Source: a virus
Length of the DNA stretch: 64,000 bases
Strand: one strand, 5' to 3'
IMG/VR virus record: IMGVR_UViG_3300028920_000057
Coordinates: 1 to 64,000 of that record
Shown: piece by piece, positions 31,601 to 41,000 of the stretch
How positions within the stretch are numbered: the first letter of the stretch is position 1
Layout: each line of letters opens with the position of its first letter
Position numbers and translations under genes: made by a program
The notes under the pieces: generated by a model
What the model was told of the DNA's origin: nothing
The model's input: the letters and a program-made list of their open reading frames with translations, nothing else
Database searches by the model: none

Positions 31601-31916
31601 AGCCGTCTTTAACGTCCATAGAAAAGTCGGAATTACTAATTAGATTAACTGGATCATTGAGATAATCGTCATCAGAAACATGCGGCGTGACATAAAGTGC
31701 GCTTGGCATGTTGAGGATCGTAGTAGATAAATGCTGGCCGGTAGATATGGCAGATTGATATTCCAGAACATCGGTCAAGATTTCCCCCATAACAGGGCTC
31801 ATCAATCTACGCCAATTAGAATTTACCTTCCCACGAAAAGGATGCCATTCAGGAAAACGATTCGCAAACCGCGTAGTTTGCTCATTGTAACCTTCAAGTC
31901 TTATTTTTGTCTGCAT
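28698..31916 (-). CDS. Baseplate wedge protein (gpI/gp7-like, extended)
   Basis: Directly follows the baseplate J homologue; LLDEHGLIRDFPRLEGESNYRYKNR resembles the LD..G...R..GE.D..YR.R wedge motif; two poly-Ser inserts. Confidence 0.6.
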   Translation of the reverse strand: MQTKIRLEGYNEQTTRFANRFPEWHPFRGKVNSNWRRLMSPVMGEILTDVLEYQSAISTGQHLSTTILNMPSALYVTPHVSDDDYLNDPVNLISNSDFSMDVKDGYLNWIETADGYTQYLSVQIARNRPFYLSVSGGSISKITLEGANITTGADYSYEVSDFSSVIDLKDSDARELTQITIEGDPAGAKIALWLDYEHHGWSRKADETPYWLLTNETDPYYLMGDGRRVYYTNSINDMYRRTPATYARISDTEAAIDEPFTTGKSFFDFKVEFFGTLYPQEFSVDNGQIIKTIDGSVVYRYTLEELMPNGVLDEATSEIIDIYLQDENIVALVRDGEEASSSSSSSSSSGASEYTYSLLWITPDAPEEEDNILTVTKRVALSNSDFLETGTISLIGTFEDPYKIFVSSTTDVVVTREIELKYDYYFIDDDTNDIVFREEYATLTGLSSYDIAYAPYFNLLDEHGLIRDFPRLEGESNYRYKNRMIDYSTNYATGCNNRDILNAITLRLGREIISSIISIRDNMALIKRKEMLYISQPDAVITETVQPDTNYAYVTLSYPIRNIISVKVDDKIYPAALYSHDEFSTILQFNHYADPAKTTSVEVQYRYYEYEIDLTSLSIGDLVRQLQAEGFTIDSEIGLTTMDTLRAINLRDVDGDTVNISMDYLPVRIDTFDEDAFAAFQDLSITAQELNRTHNRAIELRNLIHDTWDRQIAGRDRWDMISQNLVGGGTLRAYNDGFFSWLLDANGQLLGRVDAEESETYHVNGTKLTDIQSGVNATLEDFEIFKDLEVVGVADNYNPQVKPGFFYIGEMQFYLYIDKRRELLTDLVYYKLDPDSLSEALDGRELRDINNIVYCRADQELYIKEQSPTSSSSSLSSSASIYNLSLKIVDIDGTIVDENHYVTVLPDEHYFLSQEHNPQAPIIMTDHSVELQEVQFSIDENDKLTLLSDDVYTAELYIEYETDLTSEYTEIDYDIRYKRGFFYIKLTGEFSEALIVDTDFALYNGQGKGRHRIIYDPDETSSQGINYNPPIKIETDFTVFSAPSAPAYTSNDNYYDGDKDGWGYQWDEDFGN

Positions 31917-31979
31917 AATTATATCCTAAATGGTGTACTTCCGATTGGTTTACTAAAAAGTATATCCTATCTAGTATAA

Positions 31980-33125
31980 TTAGAAATAAACCCGGACAGG
32001 CTCAGTTACAGTAATGTCAAAGAGAGCCAATTCGTCATCCTTGAGTGTATATGTCTTATCCTGCTGAACGATCCCGTCAATACACAGCTTCAATACTCTG
32101 CCAGTTACACCAGGATTCGCGGCAAATACGGGGTCTAAAGCCTCTGATGGATTTATTAAATCTCCAACACTGGCTGTCGATAAGACCGTACCAAATTCTC
32201 TCTTAAGATTATTTTGAATTGTAAGCTGTTGTGTTTCAGAGAGTTGAAGTCCACTGAATTGATATTCAACGTAGACAGAAACATATTTTGGACCTTCAAC
32301 AATAACCGTAGAACCAGCAGGTGCAACCGCTAAGACATTACCTCTAACACGATCGACCGTAGATGGGCTAACGGTATTGCCCTCGGGAATAACAAGAATA
32401 TAGATAACGCCGGGACCGAACTGGTCTGTATTAATGATAATGTCGCTAACTCCCGTCACAGATAATGCCGCGAGCCTTACTGCGGTTTCATTGCCTGTTT
32501 CTGACGCAAGATGTGCCTGAGAGATTCTATATCGGTAATTGTTATCTGTCTCAACTTCCTGTCCATTCGCTATTGCTCCCAAGTTTGTAACGCTTAATCC
32601 TTCAATATCAATACTTGTCAACGCTCCAGCAGAAACATTATAGACCTCACCTACTTCAAGTCCTATTACGGGGACAAAAACAGAAGATGCAAAATCGTCT
32701 TCAAGATAAGTATCGGCCGAGACCTGATATGAAATCTCTCCAGTAGTGTCCGTAATGACTGTGCCTTCCGGGACTTTATAGCCGATACCATTATCAAATG
32801 GTAAATAATCTGCGAGAACTCCTGTTGTCGTACTGATAAGAACGTTTTGATCTTGAGCAGAAACATTGGCTGGGACCGCTTCTAATCGGCTAAGACCAAA
32901 CAGATCTTCTCCAATCAAATCCAGATATCCAGCTTCAGCAGATCGTAAAAATGCAGAAGAAGTTACAAATCTAATGTCCCTCAGAATATCTATTCTTTCA
33001 TCCAAAAAGGCGTCTACAATGGCCCTAACTACACTCCCTGTAGAGAAAGCATTTAAGCCCTGAACGCTTAATCTGGAAAAAACACGGTCTGCAATTGTGG
33101 AGGGTGCGGTTTGTTCTATAAACAT
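31980..33125 (-). CDS. Baseplate J-like wedge protein
   Basis: AEAGYLDLIGEDLFGLSRLEA, G..YNVSAG.L, NGQEVETDNNYRYRI, ALSVTGVSD and GPG.IYILVIP motifs of the baseplate J/gp47 family. Confidence 0.9.
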   Translation of the reverse strand: MFIEQTAPSTIADRVFSRLSVQGLNAFSTGSVVRAIVDAFLDERIDILRDIRFVTSSAFLRSAEAGYLDLIGEDLFGLSRLEAVPANVSAQDQNVLISTTTGVLADYLPFDNGIGYKVPEGTVITDTTGEISYQVSADTYLEDDFASSVFVPVIGLEVGEVYNVSAGALTSIDIEGLSVTNLGAIANGQEVETDNNYRYRISQAHLASETGNETAVRLAALSVTGVSDIIINTDQFGPGVIYILVIPEGNTVSPSTVDRVRGNVLAVAPAGSTVIVEGPKYVSVYVEYQFSGLQLSETQQLTIQNNLKREFGTVLSTASVGDLINPSEALDPVFAANPGVTGRVLKLCIDGIVQQDKTYTLKDDELALFDITVTEPVRVYF

Positions 33126-33136
33126 CTGTTATCTCC

Positions 33137-33589
33137 CTATTGGCTATCTATATATGATAACTTACCTGTGCTAAGATGCAACCTGAAGGATATCGTCGCC
33201 TCTTCGCCTGTATGATATTCTTCGTTTTGATCTACATATTCTATGTTCTTTATTCTCAAGGTTATAGAAATCTGATCAGGAAATTCAGTATGAGGATATA
33301 TTATAACATCATAATCCGCAGGCGCCAGCAAGAATTCTTTGGCCAGTGCCCGCTGGATGTCGTTCTTGATTCGGTTATATGTTTCCTCGTTATTTGGAGA
33401 CCCCGCATGCCGTTCAAGGCCCGCCATGGCCCCGGAATCTGGACGCCATTCCAGAGGGCTGGTAAGAACTCTGAAAATAGCAGACTGGACGAGAGCCAAA
33501 GGTTCATCTGCTATCTTTAAGTCCCCATTTTCTATAACGAGGTCCATGTCCTCGTCTAACAAGATGTCTTTTATATTAAATACGGCCAT
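33137..33589 (-). CDS. gp25/gpW-like baseplate sheath-initiator protein
   Basis: DILLDEDMDLVIENGDL...VQSAIFRVLT...EW......GL...N......IKNDIQRAL; immediately upstream of J. Confidence 0.8.
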   Translation of the reverse strand: MAVFNIKDILLDEDMDLVIENGDLKIADEPLALVQSAIFRVLTSPLEWRPDSGAMAGLERHAGSPNNEETYNRIKNDIQRALAKEFLLAPADYDVIIYPHTEFPDQISITLRIKNIEYVDQNEEYHTGEEATISFRLHLSTGKLSYIDSQ

Positions 33590-35049
33590 TAGTTTCTCCG
33601 AATAAATTCATCTATATCAGATTTTGTGTTTTGTCCCGTAGATTTATCAAAGATATTTACTGCACTATCGATGACGTTGTTAGAATCTAATCCGCCCCGA
33701 GCTATCTGAGATTTTGGTAATCCCTTTTCATTGTTTTGCTCTCTGGCTTCTTTCGCATATTCTTCTAATCTTTCCTCTATACCAGATTTCTCTAGTGTAT
33801 ATTCAAACCCTTTAAGCAGCGCCGCCATGCCCGCAACCATAATAGCCTTATCCCCTAATTGGCCCAAGGCTCTGTTCCACGTTTTTACGCCAGTAACATT
33901 ATTACTATCAAACCATTTACCTAGAATATTCGGTTTCCATCCTTTGAATTCGAATGAGAACGGCTGAGGTTTGTACCATACTTTCTGACTAAGGTTCTTG
34001 TAAAACTTGTTCATCTTTAATGCGGCCAGCCCTACCTTGGTTTCGAGAAACTGACTGCCGGCCTTCTTCTTTTTGTTCTTATTCTTATTAGAACTTTCCC
34101 CTCTGGTTTTATCTCCGAGCTCGAGAGATGCCTCTCCTGCAAAGATTCCTTTTGCCTTATTCTTCATCAAGCTCTCTACCTTTTTATAGGCCTTAGACTT
34201 CTTTATTTTAGACTTAAAGGTATTCTTGATTTCATCAATGGTCTTATTTATAACTTGCTCGTCAGAGAAATCTTTCTCATCTTTCGTGACTCCTTTATTG
34301 CCCACTGCGGCGGCTTCTGTATCCAAGATGGTTTTTCTAAAGTTCTCATCATAGTTAACCAGTTTGGGATTAGCACTTTCAGGAGGGACTCCAACGGTTA
34401 CTTCAAGCGCTGTTTTCTCTGGATCAATATAAAAATCATAAACCTCAGCTCCGTTATAATTGATTGTGAATGTCTCAACTTTATCTCGTATAACAAGTTC
34501 AGCTTTCTTTTCTATCTCTTTAGTGAAAATAGAATCTCCGAATATTCTACGGGCAACACGACGTCCTTTTGCAGACCCGCCAGCGGCTCGCGCCTTTGAT
34601 AAAACCGTAGTTACTCTCTGGATCGCACCTCTATAAACTTCAAAAGGAACGGCTCGAACTTCCAGTGTTATAATAGCGCTGGTAGGGGGAATACAATTCT
34701 TGTATTCATTTTGAAAATCGTGAGCATCCTTTTTGACGCCTTCCACGTCCCGAAAGGCCTGCTGAGTTACGCTAGTTGCAACTACATTTTTCTGCCCCAA
34801 AGTAACGTCTTTTCTATTCACCGCCTCTATTCCTGCTACTGCTTGTGTTTTTATCTCATTTGCAGTATCAAGCGCTTGCTGTTTAATCTCTTCGGAAGCG
34901 GCTTCATATGTATCGTAGTTCTTTTTAATCTCTACCTTTTTGGGCTTCCAGCTCATAATGCGATAAAGAGTCCTCTTATTACGCGCAACCTGGTTAAAGG
35001 TTTTTGAACTATCAAGCGTCTGAGTAGTTTGCACATTAGGCGGAGGCAT
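33589..35049 (-). CDS. Basic hypothetical protein in the baseplate spike position
   Basis: 486 aa, Lys-rich, between hub and gp25; no recognisable spike motif. Confidence 0.5.
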   Translation of the reverse strand: MPPPNVQTTQTLDSSKTFNQVARNKRTLYRIMSWKPKKVEIKKNYDTYEAASEEIKQQALDTANEIKTQAVAGIEAVNRKDVTLGQKNVVATSVTQQAFRDVEGVKKDAHDFQNEYKNCIPPTSAIITLEVRAVPFEVYRGAIQRVTTVLSKARAAGGSAKGRRVARRIFGDSIFTKEIEKKAELVIRDKVETFTINYNGAEVYDFYIDPEKTALEVTVGVPPESANPKLVNYDENFRKTILDTEAAAVGNKGVTKDEKDFSDEQVINKTIDEIKNTFKSKIKKSKAYKKVESLMKNKAKGIFAGEASLELGDKTRGESSNKNKNKKKKAGSQFLETKVGLAALKMNKFYKNLSQKVWYKPQPFSFEFKGWKPNILGKWFDSNNVTGVKTWNRALGQLGDKAIMVAGMAALLKGFEYTLEKSGIEERLEEYAKEAREQNNEKGLPKSQIARGGLDSNNVIDSAVNIFDKSTGQNTKSDIDEFIRRN

Positions 35050-35058
35050 TTTGATCTC

Positions 35059-38000
35059 CTATAAGTTTGTTGTTATTTGTTCTCTTGCTTCTTCAATTGC
35101 ACGGGCAGTCTCTTCGGTACGCTTAATGAATCTAACGGTACCACGCCGCAGTGATAGCCAGAAATTACTAAAACCGAGCTTAAAGTCACGCTTTAATATA
35201 TCGTCAGCCTGTTGATTTGTCCAGTCGTTCTTTTCCCAGCCATCCAATCCGGCAACAAGAGGCTCTCCTTTATATCTCATAGGATGAATCCTGCAAGGAT
35301 TTCGTCGAGACAGCCCCTTGCTATCAATCCCGGCCCATCCAAACGCAGTCGACGTATGCCCCACGGCCGATATTGTAGGAAATGGGATTCCCAAAAACGA
35401 AGAGGTCGTACCCCCACGAGCCTTGGCGGACGCATATTGTGTCGCAGAAATCGTGGCTCCCGCAGCGATCATGGCAAAACCTAGTCCATACAGCGTAAAT
35501 AAACCTGGGGATGCCAATACCGCAATAGCTCCGACGCCCCACCATGCAAGTTCTGCTACCGATTGCTCAATCACCCTTTGCGATTCCATATCTTCATTGG
35601 CAAAAGATATTAAGTGAGGAGTGATCGTTGTCGTAAACCCTGTCTGATTATTATATAAATGGACAACCCTCTTTACCTCAAAGTTTCCTCTAAGGTCCCG
35701 CACGCTATCTTCTAAAGTCACAATATCATAGGGATTTACCTCGGGCTTACCCAGGGTAGTAACGTTGCCCTGATACATCTCTCTGAGATAATCTGCTAGA
35801 TATCCATGTCCAACCTGTGCAACCTTAGCTTCAAACCATGCTGATTCAGCCGCATTTCTGTCAAAAGCCGTAACAGGGATATCGTCTTGCAGTAAAGGAG
35901 AAAACGCAACAACGTGACGAACCATGTCTCCTGCACCCAGAGAGCTTTCTGGGCTTGCGGCCGCACTCCCAGTATTGGGAGTCCATAGAGTAACACTGTT
36001 TGCCATATGGGCCTTACTCGCTATGATATCGTCGGATATAATATCCATGTCCGTTATAATGTGAGTGTCTCTGAATGGCTTGCGGTTTGGAGGAATTCTT
36101 AAAACAGATTTGTCGATACCGACACTCATCTGCTCTCCTCTTGTAGGCATGTTTTTATTACGTATCTTTGTAGCACTCCTGGCTAAGACAGAAAGGTAGG
36201 TCTTTATAAAATCGTCCCCCAAAGCTATTTTTCTTGGTGCATAGATCGGCTGACTTGCCATAGGGTCTGAATCGTCATAGCCCACCTGTTCGCTTAGAAA
36301 ACTAAACGCATAAAACTTCTTTGCTGTTTCCTGAAGTTTTGCCTTTATTCCGCCCCTGCCGAGACCAACTATTAAAGACCTAAGACTTATATAGCCTACA
36401 TATTCAATTTTATCTGTTGCAAGAAATGCAAAATATAAGATTGGAAAATCTAAGCCCGCAGGAACAAGTTTTTCTACATGCGGTAATGTAGAAACTTTAC
36501 TGATAAGGCTTTCGAATATCTGTGAAACAAGGAATCCTGTACCTGCAGTTACTTTTAATACTTTAGATATATTTACACCTATTTCTTCTGCCGTATAATT
36601 AAATCTGCCTCCAGGGATCTTCACGTTCTCAGGTTTAGACAGAAAGTTTATAAGCGCGGAACTGAATGGAAGATTTCTTTCCTGTATGCTTTGTACAAAA
36701 TCGTTGTAGTCAACCGATGAGATTATCTGAACCCCTGTTGCTTCGGAGTTCGGGATGTCTATCCAATTACCGCTAGAAGGTTTTTTGAGTTTGACAAAAG
36801 CCCTTAGTGCTTCCAGATAATCGGCATTCCATATGTTTTTATGTTTTTGAAGCTTGTCTAATGCTGTAAAAATAGTTTGCCCATACTCTGACTCTCGGTC
36901 AACATCTTTTAGATCTACGTTAATTAGCTCAACCAAATTCGAGTTTCGAATCTCTTTCATGTCTGCAGAGATGGCGGCTTCTCTATAGAATACATCGTTA
37001 AACACTTTATGTACACCTGTATTTTTAAGTACGGTTATAATTTCATCTGTATTTCTTATATCGCTGTATTCCAGAAAACCTCCTGGCAAATAACTTGGGT
37101 AGTCACCATACTCATCGTCGCTAATCGTATGTACATACCGTGTCTTAAAACTAATAAGGTCTCCACGGGCAAACATGCGCCATAAACGAAGGAAGCAACG
37201 AGAGATATCTATCGGACTAAGATCTGTGGCTCCATTATAAACTAAATCGTTAGAACGGGCGATTTTTTCTCTTGTTGTATATGCGAATTTTATCTCTGTC
37301 TTTGTGCCGCTGATATCGTTATCTTCCGGCTTGCCGTCAAACGCAGGCAATCCTCGTCCCGGATAATAGTAGGTATCTCGTGCAATAATATTGCTTTCGC
37401 TAGGATTGTATTGTATATTATTGAGCCGATTATACATAACCATGTCTTGCGTCACATTGGATGTACAGATATAAACACCATCTTTAGGACCGAAATATAG
37501 AGTAGCCCTCTCATCATAGGGCTTAATCGCGATGGCATAGCCTGGAATATATCTTCTCATACTATAGATATTATCAAGGATAGGGCCGTTACAATACCAT
37601 TTTGATCCTTGTACAAGATTGAATGGATTCAATAGATTAGGAGAAGTGCCATGGTTTGGAAGGTTGTATAAATTATCGTTACATGTATCATTCATACCAA
37701 GCCATTCTTCAGCTCGGAACCACCCCTTGGCAGTCACGTAATCGGGAGATTTACTTTTGGACTTCTCATGAGCATCAGCTGTTGTCCAATTTGCAGAATA
37801 TTGATAGGGCTCCCACTTACCAAGATGTTCGGCATAATGAAGCATGTCCGTAATAATTGTGGGAAATGCGTTAAATGCGCCAGTCCAACTTTCTTCAAGA
37901 TGACGCATAAGCTGATAATCATAGCCCTGAGCAACAAGTCGAATTATCTTACCAGGCTGAACTTCCGCTACTTGCCCCGTAAATATAATCGGGTTCTCAT

Positions 38001-41000
38001 CATCAACAGAAGAATACCCCGCACGAATTTGAATCCTTACTCCCGGCTTCAATCTAAAGGAAACGATATCTCCAATAGCGGTTTCGGATAATTCTCCAGA
38101 TTCTATCACCCGCCCTTTTTGGCCAAGCCTGTACTTGCCTTTGGAAACTAGGGTTGTCGTAACCTCTTCTCCTTCAATAACGTCTCTTGGATCTATCTTT
38201 AATTTGCGATAATCTGGCTGATTCGTTAAAACGCCAGAGAAGTTAGTCAGTTCAACCGTGGCCCCAGAAACAGATTCTTTCTCGTGCATAACTGCTACAG
38301 AGATGATTGAATCATAATTATAAAGCTTGGACCAGTTTTGGAATACAGCCTGATTTTCCTGCAGGAAGTATAATTGAACAGTAGGAAAAGCCTTGCGTAT
38401 ATCGTATACACGATTACTTTTATTCATCTGTCTTAGACGAACTATGTCTGGCGTATATGTGCTGTTAAACACATCTACTAAATTTCTTCCTTTGTCCTTT
38501 TTAGGGTTAATAATTTTCTCTACTTCTTTTTGTCCTTTGTCTTTATCTTCTTTAGACTTAATTCCGATACTATGGTTTTGTAAATCGGGATCTTCCTTTA
38601 TTAAATTGCGAACTTCCTTTTGCCTTTTCTTTCTATATTCCGCTATTGTCTCTGCAGATTTAACAGCTTGCTTTTTAGTTATCTTGTCTACCTTAATAGA
38701 TCTTTCCTTATTAGCATCTCTCTTTGTGCTTATAAAAATGCCATGTTGCGGGATTTCTTTTGCATCATGCCTTGAGTTTTCGTAGTTCTCCCGAAAAAGT
38801 TGCACTGGCATAACCGGCTTATTATGATTGACTTTTTTACTCGGCTTTATAGATATATCGGGCTTCTGTTTCCCCGCCACGCCATACGGGACATAGTATT
38901 GCCAGCCCGGTTCAACAAGATTGTTGCCACTACGTGCTACCCCCTCTTTGTTTCTAACACCAAATTTGTTTATAGGAGGCATAACTCCAAGCTGTGCATA
39001 TGTAGGTAAATTCTCAATCTCTGTAAAGATATTCTTACGATTAATGCGGGGTATTTCCCCAAATTCTTCTAGAGAAGAGGCAAGCGCTTCGCTGGCTGCA
39101 GTTATATTGTCAAGCCTTTTCTGAGCCCTGGTTCTTTTATCTCCTGTAAAAACCTTATTGTTCGCAAGCTCATCATTGAGAACCTCTACTCTCTTATCTA
39201 TATTGTTGATTGAACTTTTGATATTCCGTATAATGTCATCTCTATTTTTATGGATGAGGCTAATAAAGGCTGCAGATTCATCTCCCAACCTTAAAACAGA
39301 ACGCAGTTTATTTGATTCGGATGTTAATATAGAATCTCCAATCCTTAACGAAGCAGTATATAACGCCTGTGCTTCAGTCAGCATATTCAGAACATTAACT
39401 CCTGGATGCCCCAATTGGCCATAAACATCGTTATAAGTCGGAAGATTAAGATCTGCATGAGCAGTTTGACGCAACTTGACTTTCTTATACAGCTCTTGGA
39501 TAATAGGATCGTCCGGGGCTGTTACGGCAAATATCGCAGATAAAAGCTCTTTATATGCATCTATCCTCAACGCGCTTTCGATCATAGTACGCACGGCCTT
39601 CTGCACATTTGCGTCTTCCCTATTCTTATACAGTAAACCAGAAAGCTCATAAATACAATATGCGAGGAAATTACCAGAGGTGAAGCGCTGGCGAGATCTT
39701 GCCTGCTTAATTTGTGCGGCTCGGAATAGAGATCCGAAGACTCTTGTGACTAACCATCCTGTCGGAAACGATACGTCTTCTTCATTATAAAACGCTATGC
39801 GATCATTAATGAACAGCGACTCCAATCCTTCTGTTCGATATCTTCCCATAAGCCCCATCTGTTTACGAGATATGTTCGGATTTAGATCGGTTTTCTTAAT
39901 AAGGTCATTTAAAGAATCTTGAGTAAGAGAAATGAAGTTGATACCTTGGGCAACCCACAAAGAACCTTTTTTTTCTATAATTCTGAATATAGTAGCATAA
40001 CCATGAGGGTCTACGCTAAACCATTTCTTTGCATTGGAAGGGACAGAACTCGGTGAGACCTGAATAATCCCGGCGAATTGCATCGCCCTCATATATGCAT
40101 TCCATGCAACACGATCTTCATTCGATGAAAAAACATTGAATTCATTAATTATCTTGAATATAGGACAGTTCTCTTTAATAGCAAATTTATACGGATATCT
40201 TCTTCGATTAGTGTCGGTTAAACTTGGATCATCCAAATTGTCAAACTTGGCCAGAATATCATGCCCTTTACCCACTGCGACATTAGTACTCTTCTTATAT
40301 GCTCTTTCAAAGAACGGAGTATATGCAATTTTATCTGGTACGTTCCTATTGGCTATCAGAAACTCATCGTCTTCATCCGGGTTTGTATATTGCAATAGAA
40401 TAGGAATTTCTTTAATCTTGTCTGCGTCTTCTGCTTCTGTGAAGAATTTGTTGGGGCCTATCAACATACGCCATATACGAGTAGACACTGCCGTATGTTG
40501 TATTTTCCTATTAAACAAAACCTCCATTAGAGTATCTACTATATCATCTTGTTCCTGTTCGCTTGCCTCAAATACATTGGGTAGTGCAACCAAATCAAGA
40601 TTTTCATTATGAGAATCCATATAACCAGATTCTATCATGTCAAATGTAACAAGAAACCATCCTGGACTACCTTGCTTGTCTGCTATTTTGATAGACTGCA
40701 AAATAAATTGTTTGTTCCCAAAGATATTCGTAACGGGACTTATAACCTGGACCTTTGTAGGAAATATTTCATGAAAGGTAGATCTTGCAACCTCTTGCAT
40801 AAGCTTGTCTACTTTACGAATCTCTGTTATTGAATCCAGATTGTTTGTACTTAAAGTGATAGATGCAAATGAGTTTCCCTTGCCCGCATATTGACAAGTT
40901 GGTATCTCGGACGCTTGCAGAGGTATTGTTTGTATATTGTTTGCTATGCTATAATTAATTGATTCGACATGTACGTTATATATGTTATCGAGATTTGTGT

